A stretch of DNA of 64,000 nucleotides from assembly GCF_963921235.1 (NCBI RefSeq), contig NC_086108.1:41852001-41916000 (forward strand), in the 5' to 3' direction. The notes beneath the pieces are model-generated. The model was not told the origin of the DNA, searched no databases, and worked only from the letters and a program-made list of their open reading frames with translations. Made by a program: the position numbers and the translations under genes. The DNA comes from Mobula hypostoma. Taxonomy: Eukaryota. This document shows, one piece after another, positions 49,110-60,654 of the stretch. Within the stretch, counting starts at the first letter, position 1. Every line of letters starts with the position of its first letter.

Positions 49110-49610
49110 TGTTGACCCTCAGCTATTTTTATAGGTGCGCCATAGAAAGCATTCTATCCAGATAAGTCACAGCTCAGTAAGAACAATACTCCGCCCAAGA
49201 CCACAAAAAACTGCAGAGAGTTATGAACACAGCTCAGTCAATCACGAAAACTAAACTCCTCTCTGTCCACACTTCTTGCAGTCATGATAAAGCAACCAAC
49301 ATAATCAAGGACTTCCACCCACTAACCTTTCTTCTTGCACACTTATCAGGCAAAGCCTGAAAACAAATACCACCAGGGTCAAGTAATGTTTCTATTCCAC
49401 TGTTATAAGACAACTGTCTGATAAGATAGGCTCTTGACCTCACAATCTACCTCGTCATGGCCTTGCACTTTATTGTCACATTCTCGGTAACTGTAAGACT
49501 ATATTATGCACTCTGTTGTTTTTTTCTTGTCCTGCCCCAATGTGCTGATGTAATGAAGTATTGGTATGGATGGCACCTCAGTATATGAGACAATAATAAA
49601 TTTATTTACC
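49110..49610 (+). mobile_element. old Rex1-like LINE 3' fragment
   Basis: YRCAIESILS, KLQRVMNTAQSI, ANIIKD-like motifs. Confidence 0.7.
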
Positions 49611-49659
49611 AATTTAATGTGTTACATCTCTGAGGCTGGGCTCAAGGCTGTCGTTAAAC

Positions 49660-51230
49660 TGTTGCTGGGCATTCTAAAGGAGGAGGACAGCCAAGGTACA
49701 AGAATAAATCAGGTAAATAAGGCTTAACATCAGTGATAGGGAGGGTGATGGAGGTCAGTAATATGGAAGTGTTGAAGAGAGCGAGGACAGAAAAGGAGTT
49801 GCTGAAGAATGTGCAGTAAAGGAAGCTGGAATATGCCAGGCACTTGTTAAGAGGTGGTGGACTGCAGAAATTGTTATTGGAAGGGATGACAGGAGTAAAG
49901 CGGGAAAGAGGAAGGCAGCGAACCACTTGGTACGATAATGTGAGGCAATGGACTGGGTTGAGTTATGCTGAGGCCGGTAAAAGAGCGCAAGATCGAAGAA
50001 GATGGAAGTGCATAGCCGCCAACCCCAGATTCGGGACGGCACCCACTGACTGACTGACTGATAGGGAGGGTAATGGAAAAAATTCTGAACTAATACACAC
50101 TTAAAGAGGCAGGGATTAATGAAAGGTAATCACTAAGGCTTTGATACAGGGAGATACTATCTGACCAATCTGATTGATATTTTCAACAAAGTAATAAAAT
50201 ATTATTGATGAGGTCATTGTGGTTCATGTAGACTTCAATAAAGCCTGGAACAAGATCCCATGGAAACCAGTCTAAAAGGACAGAACCCATGTGATCCAAG
50301 GAAAGGTAGTAAATTGGATCTGGAATTTACTTGGTCCTAGCAGGCAAAGATTGAAGGTGGAAGGTTATTTTTGTAATTGTAAACCTCTAACTACTGTGTA
50401 CTAAAACAATGGAAGCTGGGCCAATCACGCTTTTATGTACATTAACAATTGGACATGAATATAGATGACATTTAAACTTTGTGATGTTGTGATAGTGAGG
50501 AGGAATCAGGATGTAGGGTGATATTAAGGAGTTGGCATGGTGGAAGGGCAATGAGAGATGGAATTTAATCCTTATTTTGTGTTTGGAATTTAATTCTGTT
50601 AAGTGTGAGATGATGCATTTTGGGAAGACTAATAAAGTTAGGATATATAAAAAGTATGGTGGGAGTGGTGGAATATTGAAGAACAGAGGAACCTTGCGGT
50701 ATGTCATAAGATTCCTGAAGATGCCATCACAGGTAGAAAAGGCAGCTATGCCTTCATTAGCAAGGATCCAGGAGCAGGGAGGCTGAGGTACAACTTTATA
50801 ACACATTGATTAGACCACAACTGGAGTACAGTACATGGTTCTAATCATCACGCTATGGGAAGGACATGTTTGCATCCAAGGGAGTGCGAAGAATACACAC
50901 CAGGGTGCAGCCTGGGATGGACTGTTCCAGCTATCAGGTGAGAATTGATAAGCTCTCTTTGTTTTCCTTGGAGTAGAGGAGTCAGAGAAGCCACCTGATG
51001 AAGGTGTACAAAATTATGGAAGGCATAGACAGTAGAAAGCTTCTTCCCATAGCTGAGGTGCATTAAAAACCAAAGAGCATAGGTTTAAAATAAGGGGTAA
51101 GAGGTTTAGCGGAGATTTGCAGAAGAGCTTTTATTCATCCAGCAGTGGCTCGGATCTGGAATGCACTGACCAAGGGGACAATGGATGCTAAGACTCTCAC
51201 AAGATTTAAGTAACTAAATGAGCAACATAT
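49660..51230 (+). mobile_element. decayed CR1 LINE RT fragment (host of the RTE insert)
   Basis: LTSVIGRVMEKIL split by the RTE insert; DFNKAWNKIP, EFNSVKCEMMHFGKTN, RPQLEY. Confidence 0.8.
49753..50058 (+). mobile_element. RTE-clade LINE extreme 3' end with long TSD
   Basis: LLEGMTGVKRERGRQRTTWYDNVRQWTG...AQDRRRW; (tgac)n tail; TSD tgatagggagggt(g/a)atgga at 49734-49752 and 50059-50077. Confidence 0.9.
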
Positions 51231-51719
51231 GAAGACAAAGGAACAACTGAAGAAGAAACAAGGAACCACCAGGTTCAGCAACAATTATTATCACTTAGCC
51301 ACCAGGCTCTTGAACCAGAGGGGATAACGTCACTCAACTTCACTCGCCCCACCACTGAACTCTTTCTATAACCTATGGACTCACGTTCAAGAGCTCTTCA
51401 TTCTCATGTTCTCAATATTTATTGTTTATTTATTTATTATTATTATTTCTTTTTTCTCTTGTATTTGCACAGTTTGTTGTCTTTTGCACATTGGTTGTTT
51501 GTCCAAACTGTTGGGTGCAGTCTTTCCTTGAATCGATTGAGTTTCGTGTATTTACTGTGCATGCCCGCAAGAAAATGCATCTCAGGGTTGTATATGGTGA
51601 CATAAATGCATTTTGATAATAAATTTACTTTGAACGTTTAACTTTGAACTCTGAAGTGATGGAAAATAGGATTAGTATAAAAGGGACTTAATCTGTACTG
51701 TCGTGGTGGGGTTAAGGGT

Positions 51720-54700
51720 CATAAAACACTACAGCAGAGAAACAGGTCCTTTGGCCCATCTAGTCCTTGCTGAACTATTAGTCTGCCTAGTCTCATCGAC
51801 CTGCACTTGCACCATACCCCTCCATACCCCTCCCATCCATGTATCTATCCAAACTTCTCTAAAATGTTGAAATCAAACCCGCAACCGCCACTTCCACTGG
51901 CAGCTCATTCCACACTCACACCACCCTCTGAGTGAAGAAGCTCCCCCTTAAGTTCTCCTTAAACATTTCTCCTTTCACCCTTAACCCACGATCTCTGGTT
52001 GTAGTCTCACCCAACCTCAGAGGCAAAAATGCCTGCTTGATTTCATCCTATCACTCTCATAATTTTATATACCTCTATCAAACTCCCTTATTCTTCTACA
52101 ATTCAGGGAATAAAGTCCTAATTTATTCAACCTTTGCCTGTAACTCGGATTGTCGAGTCCTAGCATCATTCTCGTCAATTTTTTTTGCAGCACTCTTTCA
52201 ATCTTATTGATATCTTTCCTGTAGGAAGATAACTAGACCAGGATACAATACTCTAAATTAGGCCTCATCATCACCTTGTACAACTTCAACATACCATCCC
52301 AACTCCTGTACTCAGTACTTTGACATATAAAGGTCAACATGCTAAAAGCTCTCTTTACAACCCTACCTTCCTGTGATGCCACTTCCAAGGAATTATGCAC
52401 CTGTATTCCCAGATCCGTTTGTTCCACCATACTTCCTCAGTGTCCTACCGCTCGCCTGGTAAATCCTCCATGGTTTGTCCTCCCAAACTGCAGCACCTCA
52501 CAAATGTCTGCATTAATTTCCATCTGCCATTTTTTAGCTCATCTTTCCAGGTGGTCCGGATCCTGCTGCAAGCCATGATAGTCTTCCTCGCAGTCCACTA
52601 TGCCCCCAGTCTTGATGTCATCACAAATTTGTTGATCATTATGGGCAATGTGAGATCGCTGAGTAATAAAATAGATGAATTGACAGCGCTAGCCAGGAGT
52701 CAGAGAACATTTCGGGAGAGCAGTGTTATGTATTTTACTGAAATGTAGCTGCACGAGGACATACCCAACCAAAACGTTTCCATAGAGGGCTTCCAGACCG
52801 TTCGGGCTGACCGGAATTCCACTGCAAGCGGTAAGCGTAAAGCAGGAGGGCTTGCGGTTCTGGTTAACAACAGATGGTGCAATCCTAGTCATATTACAAT
52901 CAAGGAATGTGATTGTAGCCCGGATATTGAACTTTTTGCTGTTGGACTCCAGCCATATTATTTGCCAAGGGAAATCTCACATGCAGTTGTGATTATTGTG
53001 TACATCCCTCCCTCTGCCAACCTGACGTTGGCGTGTAACATCATTTATTCCATCATAGCCAGATTACAAACCCAGCACCCGACTGCCCTCATTACCATCT
53101 CGGGTGACTTCAACCATGTTACCATGGCTAGAACACTGCCCAACTTCACGCAGAATGTGAGCTGCACGACCAGAGGGGAGAGGACTCTGGATTTGATGTA
53201 CGCTAATGTTAAGGATGCATACAGCTCCTCTCCCCTCCCCCCCACTGGGAAGGTTAGATCACAACCTGGTGCATCTAAAACCCTGCCACGTGCCTCTGGT
53301 GAAGAGTAAACTTGCAACCTCGAGGACAGTGAGGAAATGGTTGGAAGAGGCTTATGAGGCGCTCCAGGGTTGTTTTGAGGTGACAGACTGGCAGACACTC
53401 TGTGAGCCACATAGAGAGGATATTGATGGGCTCACTGAGCGCACCACTGGTTACATCAACTTCTGTGTGGACTGCAATGTTCCGACAAGAACTGTCCTTT
53501 GTTATTCAAATAACAAGCCATGGGTAACAAAGGACATTAAGGACATCCTGAACGCTAAAAAGAGGCCACTTAGAAATGGAAATAGGGAGGAGCTGAGGGC
53601 AATACAGAGGGACCTGAAAGCCAGGATCAGGGAGGCTAAAGACAGGTATAGGAGGAAGCTTGAGTGGAAACTCCAGCAGAACAACATGAGAGAGGTCTGG
53701 AGGGGGATGAGGACCATCACTGGGTTCCGGCAAACTAACAACAGAGGAGCTGAAGGCAGTGTGGACAGGGCCAACAAACTTAACCTGTTCTTTAACAGAT
53801 TTGACACTGTGGCCCCTGCCCATCCCCACATGATTCATCTGTTGTCGGCCCCCAAACAACACATATTCCACTCTCCCCTCCTACCCTTCCTCACAGTCCC
53901 CCACCCTGCTTTCATGACTATACCCCTCCCCCACATGAAACCACCACGGTGGGCTTCACAGCTGAACAGGTGAGAAGACAGCTGAAACGTCTCAACCCAA
54001 GCAAGGCTGCAGGACCGGATGGTGTCAGTACCAGGGTGCTCAAAGCCTGTGCCCCTCAGCTATGTGGAGTATTTCACCATGTCTTCAACCTGAGCCTGAG
54101 TCTCCAGAGGGTTCCTGTGCTGTGGAAGACGTCCTGCCTCGTCCCTGTGCCGAAGACGCCGTGCCCCAGTGGCCTCAATGACTACAGACCGGTAGCTTTG
54201 ACCTCCCACATCATGAAGACCCTGGAGAGACTTGTTCTGGAGCTGCTCCGGCCTATGGTTAGGCCAGACTTAGATCCCCTCCAGTTCGCCTACCAGCCCC
54301 GCCTAGGAGTTGAGGATGCCATCATTACCTGCTGAACCGTGTCTGCGCCCACCTGGACAAGCCAGAGAGCACTATGAGGGTCATGATTTTTGACTTCTCC
54401 AGTGCGTTCAACACCATCCGCCCTGCTCTGCTGGGGGAGAAGCTGACAGCAATGCAGGTGGATGCTTTCCTGGTGTCATGCATTATTGATTACCTGACTG
54501 GCAGACCACAGTACGTGTGCTTGCGACACTGTGTGTCAGACAGAGTGATCAGCAGCACTGGGGCTCCACAGGGGACTGTCTTGTCTCCCTTTCTCTTCAC
54601 CATTTACACCTCGGACTTCAACTACTGCACAGAGTCTTGCCATCTTCAGAAGTTTTCTGATGACTCTGCCGTAGTTGGATGCATCAGCAAGGGAGATGAG

Positions 54701-55810
54701 GCAGTGTACAGGGCTACGGTAGGAAACTTTGTCACATGGTGTGAGCAGAATAATCTGCTGCTTAATGTGAAAAAGACTAAGGAGCTGGTGGTGGACCTGA
54801 GGAGGACGAAGGCACCGTTGACTCCTGTTTCCATCCAGGGGGTCAGTGTGGACATGGTGGAGGATTACAAATACCTGGGGATACGAATTGACAATAAACT
54901 GAACTGGTCAAAGAACACTGAGGCTGTCTACAAGAAGGGTCAGAGCCGTCTCTATTTCCTGAGGAGACTGAGGTCCTTTAACATCTTTCGGACGACGCTG
55001 AGGATGTTTTACAAGTCTGTGGTGGCCAGTGCTATCATGTTTGCTGTTGTGTGCTGGGGCAGCAGGCTGAAGGTAGCAGACACCAACAGAATCAACAAAC
55101 TCATTCGTAAGGCCAGTGATGTTGTGGGGATGGAACTGGACTCTCTCACGGTGGTGTCTGAAAAGAGGATGCTGTCCAAGTTGCAGGCCATCTTGGACAA
55201 TGTCTCCCATCCACTACATAATGTACTGGGTGGGCACAGAAGTACATTCAGCCAGAGACTCATTCCACCGAGATGCAACACTGAGCGTCATAGGAAGTCA
55301 TTCCTGTCTGTGGCCATCAAACTTTACAACTCCTCCCTTGGAGGGTCAGATGCCCTGAGCCAATAGGCTGGTCCTGGACTTATTTCCATCTGGTATAATT
55401 TACATATTATTATTTAATTATTTATGGTTTTATATTGCTATATTTATACTCTATTCTTGGTTGGTGCAACTGTAACGAAACCCAATTTCCCTCGGGATCA
55501 ATAAAGTATGACTATGACTATGACTATCCAGTTACTACATCACCTTCCAGATTATTGATATAGATGACAAACAAAAACAGACACAGCACCAATCCCTGTG
55601 GCGCACCACTAGACACAGACCTCCAGTCAGAGAGGCGACCATTTACTACCACTTTCTCGCTTCTACCGCAAAACCAATGTCTATTCCAATTTACTACTTC
55701 ATCCTGAATACCAATTGACTCAACCTTCTCGACCAAACCCCAATGTGGGACCTTGTCAAAGGCCTTGCTAAGGTCCATGTAGACAACATCCACTGCCTTC
55801 CCTTCATCAC
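51720..55810 (-). mobile_element. CR1 LINE fragment split by the Rex1 insertion (51720-52637 and 55526-55810)
   Basis: DVVYMDLSKAFDKVPH and SGAPQGLVL...YINNL on the right; DLGIQVHNSL and RPNLEYC on the left; the two junctions are contiguous. Confidence 0.88.
52635..55525 (+). mobile_element. near full-length Rex1/Babar LINE (APE endonuclease + RT) with few inactivating mutations
   Basis: IIMGNVRSL, VYIPPSA, ISGDFNH, TLDLMYAN and LDHNLV (APE); KAAGPDG, NDYRPVALTS, QFAYQP, DFSSAFNTI, PQGTVLSPFLFTIYT and FSDDSA (RT). One stop (52746) and about 3 frameshifts; aataaa-(tatgac)3 tail. Confidence 0.96.
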
Positions 55811-55842
55811 TGTCTTAACTTCCACTAATACGTAACAACAAG

Positions 55843-56518
55843 TAGATTAGATTAGATTATGAGGACACACAGACCTCTTTTATTGTCATTTAGTAATGCA
55901 TGCATTAAGAAATGATACAGTATTCCTCCAGAATATCACAGAAACACAAGACAAACCAAGACTAAAAAAACCTGACAAAAAACACATAATTATAACATAT
56001 AGTTACAACAGTGCAAAGCAATACCGTAATTTGATAAAGAACAGACCATGGGCACAGTAAAAAAGAGTCTCAAAGTCTCTCGAAAGTCCCATCATCTCCC
56101 GCAGATCATAGAAGGAAGAAAAACTCTCCCTGCCATGAGCTTCCAGCACCGCAAACTTGCCGATGCAGCATCCTGGAAGCACCCGACCACAGCCAACTCT
56201 TGAGTCCGTCCGAAAACTTCGAGCCTCCGACTAGCCCTCCGACACCGAGCACCATCTCCACTGAGCGCTTCAACCCCGGCACCGGCAACAGGCAATAGGC
56301 AAAGCTGAGGATTTGGGGCCTTCCCCTCCGGAGATTCTCGATCACACAGTAGCAGCAGTAGCAAAGCAGGCATTTCAGAAGTTTTTCCAGATGTTCCACC
56401 ATGCTTCTCACATCTGTCTCCATCAAATCAGGATTGCGCACGGTACCTACTTAACAAATACAATATCATTTCGGAGCGGCCACGCGCACTGCGTCGTGTC
56501 ACCATCTTCTCCTCCCCC
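55843..56518 (-). mobile_element. non-autonomous non-LTR retroelement, copy 2
   Basis: Reverse-complement homolog of 9434-10084, with the same 5' ggaggagaagatgg start and (taatc)n tail. Confidence 0.75.
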
Positions 56519-59423
56519 TTTAGGGAGGATTAGGAATCCACCACAAAGACTAATGGAGCACCCTTGTTATCTGCCTTAAGACCTGTTGGATGAGGCTTGG
56601 GGCTAAACGAAAAACAAATATCATCACTTTTTGTCAGAAAATCTGTGAGCAATGAAAGATTAGTTCTGGCCCTGCATTGAATGACTGCTCCCATCCCATT
56701 TGTTCTAACCACAGGACCTAGTGCAGGTTGAGAAAAAAAGATTTATATCTGCAAAAATATATATTTGTATCTACTATACCTTGCTATCCAAAGCAGGTTT
56801 AGTTGCTCACGTCAAGTCCTGACATCAACAGAACTTCCCATGCTGTAAAACCATCACTTGAGTTGGACCAGAAGAAATCCCACCCACATAACTAATTACA
56901 CCGTAATCATAATAATGTATCTTTAAATGTCCTTCATTATTAGTTTGAAAAGTAGGTTACTTTACCAAGAGTAAACCCACAGAACTCCAACAGTAACAGT
57001 GTAGGACAAGGTAGGTTCTGCAAAATGGACTAACATATTTAATTTGACTGCAGAACGGCAGACAATGATAAACTTCAGCAAGTAACATTAACAAGCTAAA
57101 ACCTTCTAGTGAGGTATGGATATTCTCTGAGAAGTGACAAGGAGCATTAGGCATGGCCAATCAGCACACAACGTACTTCCTCAGACTAATTTTTTTTGGC
57201 CACATGTACTATTTTGCTAAATTAAGACAGACAAGAATTTGGTCTTGTCATAACAGATAAACATTTACAGTCTCTAAGTGATTATTAATACAATTAAGAG
57301 TAACTTGAAGCGTGAGATGTAACTTCGAAATCCAGATGGTCTTTATAAACCACTGAGGTTCAGTCATTATATGGATTCTTATCAAAATTATAAACTCATA
57401 ATCACTCCACTGCCCATTTATTCATTCCACATTTGTCCACTGTTGTTCAATCATAAATTTCTGCACTTTCACCTCAACTTTTGCCCCAGATTGTTTAAAT
57501 GTATGCAGCCAGCTGACCACGTATAAACCCATTTCTAACCAGTCTTGTTAACAATTTCCATGCTAACACACAACACTCCCAGGAGGGCAATCAGTTCTCA
57601 TGAGGAACTCATTTCTACAATGAACTTAGGCCACAAAGTTTATTTAAAGAGACTATAACATGTGTTTTGGTATCACTGATATAATACCCAATTGTACCCA
57701 CAGGTCAGGAGTGATACATGGCTGGTAACAGAGCCTCAAATTGGTGTCGTCAGTATTCAGCAGCATAAAACTGGACCATTTTTCTATGAAAGGGAAACGA
57801 TAAGTTCCAATCTGCATTCCATATCCTAGCTTTCAATCCATGGCTTACCAATAAGAGTCAGATGAAACACACTTACAGATTTTATACATGGATGGTAGGT
57901 GCCACTATCTGCTTTCCAGAGAGCAAACAAATGGAAACTATTTCAATGTCAAACTCCATCAGGAAAATTACTCTAAACCCTTGAGGGAAGATCTGCATTC
58001 TGGTTATATTTCTACTGTTAACAAGAAGAGCTTCCATCCTATAAGTCCACTCAGTGATACATCTGATAATAAGTTATTAGTTATTGTCTGTTACAGCACT
58101 GGCATCTAAGGTAGCATCTGATAATAAAGCAATAGCATATTTAGTTAAAAAATTATGTTGTAATATTGCACCATAGACTATAACCATATTTACTTTCACC
58201 CTTTCTTCACTAAATACCATGTTTTCCACTTGTGTTCCTTGAACTGTCTATAAATCCAATGTAGCCAATCATGCAGTAATATAATTGTTTTCCCTCTGTA
58301 AGAATATCCGGTTATTTTCAAGTTTTGTTACTTCACAGCTTTTTCAGGTAGAGCTAGACACTCATCCATTCCTGTGGATATTCTTCTCAAAGTTAGTCCA
58401 CTCATTCAAGAGTCTGCTCAATAGAGTTATGCTAGAACAAAGCTATATTTGACAGTCATGAAGAATAGATTTTTTACTGGCTGTGAGAGAATAACCTTCA
58501 ATGACAAATTAAGCAATAACGCCTGCACACTATGCTGGGAAATTGAGGATAAGCTGGACAATTGAAGGATGAGGCAGTAGGCCTTGTCCTTCAGTCGCCT
58601 GGTTTATGCTCAGTCCTTTGCTTCTCACGGGTACAAATACGTTCTCGTTATATGGCCACAGCCTCAATATATTGAAGGCACAGATGAGTAAACCAGCCAA
58701 TTTTCTTGTGGCACTGAGCTTCATACTCCTTCTAAACCATGGTTTTAAAACCTATTGGAATATGAAATTGTCCTCAGGAATAATTAAAATATATTCATCC
58801 AATTTGATCTTACAATGCAAATTTACAAGACCACTGCTGATTGATACGTTCTATATATACAGTTAAAGCAATTAGTACAGATTTAAGTGGAAACTGAATT
58901 AAATATGAAACAAATTCTATTCTAATGCATTAGAAAAACCATTAGCTATCAAACATATAGATCAGCTCTTTTTTCCTGAAAATTGATCTGAAGATTGTTC
59001 AGACAGATATACGGAAAATAACAAAACCTCGAGAGAATTTAAGTAATATTGTTATGTGCATAATACTTTCTGCAGTATTGTAAGATCTTGCATCTTGGTA
59101 CTTAATCTTTTAGTCCCAATCTTAAGAGTTAGTCCATAATTCTACGAACCGTTTTAAACTTTAAATAGGCTTCACTCTGTAAACTTAAGGCTCTTGAAAA
59201 ACAAGAAAGGACTTTGAAATATTGATAAGTGACTATGAGAAATGTATCCTTTTCCATCTGGTTGTCAGTGTTTAATGGTAAACCAGAATGCATATGGGGC
59301 AGTCCAAGCATGAAGGGCAGTAGGACACTCAAGCGATAAGCTGCTCTGTCCCTCTGTGAGATCAGAAACCTGTCACTTCCCTCATCCTGGCTGTCAGCCT
59401 TGAAACACTATAACTTGCCTTAC

Positions 59424-59465
59424 CTCTGTGTTGTACACTCCATATATCAGGAAGATGAAGATACC
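59424..59465 (-). CDS. 42-nt TM7 exon of an adhesion/family-B GPCR, most like ADGRD2 (GIFIFLIYGVYNTE)
   Basis: Acceptor ctttccctccttttgtctttatag, donor GAG|gtaagg, phase 0/0, 14 codons matching the (Q)GxFIFLxxxxxNxE(V) TM7 motif. A 42-nt exon at this position is typical of family-B GPCR genes. Flanking exons were not located with confidence. Confidence 0.75.
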
Positions 59466-60654
59466 CTATAAAGACAAAAGGAGGGAAAGAAGCTGTTAAC
59501 TGTAATCATTATTTTCACTTGCAATTTTGAAATGAAGTTTCCCTGAGAACAAACACAAAGAAGTTCTTGTAACAGACAAGGTCAATTTTTATTTTTCAAT
59601 TTCATGAACTGCAGCTCAAGTATCCACCACAGAGGAAAGCAGCTCTTTACAAATCTCTGTTACCCAACTGAATAGTAATCAAGGTTATCAGGACAACTGG
59701 GGGCCTTGAAAAGGAACAGGTCCCATTGAAACTACCACCACAATTGCAATCACTTATGATGCAGAACCTCATTAAAATACACAAAGAACAGTAATATTGC
59801 ATACTTTGTACTACAGCAAAGCTAAATGGGCAGCACAAATTCACCTGAACCTCTGTCCGTTGCAGATTTTACATTACCTTGAGAGTCAACTTGGCCTAGC
59901 TGAGTCCCGCAGTTTAGAGTTCATCCTACTCCACAGTATGGGCATTAAATTTAGGCTCGAGTCACAGTACAGTGCCAAAGGAGAACTGCCTTGCGAAACG
60001 CAATGTCCCACAGAAAAGCTGTTAATCAGAAACCCTGTGGACTATGTGAGATGAACATACAAAGGTTTGCCAGCAAGATGAGCAGGGAAGTTTTCACAAA
60101 TAATTCTTCCTTACACCAGCACCATCTGAAATTCTGATCTCTTGTCTTATATATTGTGAAGCAACTTTACACAGCACAAGCAACAGCCACAAAAGAGTAA
60201 GCATTTAAGTACAAAGATTTTTAGGACTATAAATGCAGTGACAGCTTAGATGAGTAACATCTCAAATTGTTTTGCCTTCACACCGACGTATGTAAACATT
60301 TGAGGTTTAAAGGTGAACTGTATAATACTAATGTACTGTTCTGCACTTGCTCTGTGTGTACAGTAGCTGCATCAGTCTTGTAGCTGCACTTAATTGCTGT
60401 ATCTCCAGAGTTGTTATTGCACTTGCCAGTTCAGTTTTCCAAAACGTAGGGCACACTGGAGATGGCAACTGGTCTTAGGGTGGAAAATCCCAGAATGACA
60501 CATTTTGATTGCTCACTGCTGCCATGCCTTTGTGCTACTTGTTAAAGTGTCTCTGTTGAACAGAGTCTTTTAATAGTTGGAAAAGAGCTAAATAAACTTA
60601 AGAAAATCATTTTTAAAATTTTAAAACAACTGTATTTATAGAAGTTACATCCAC

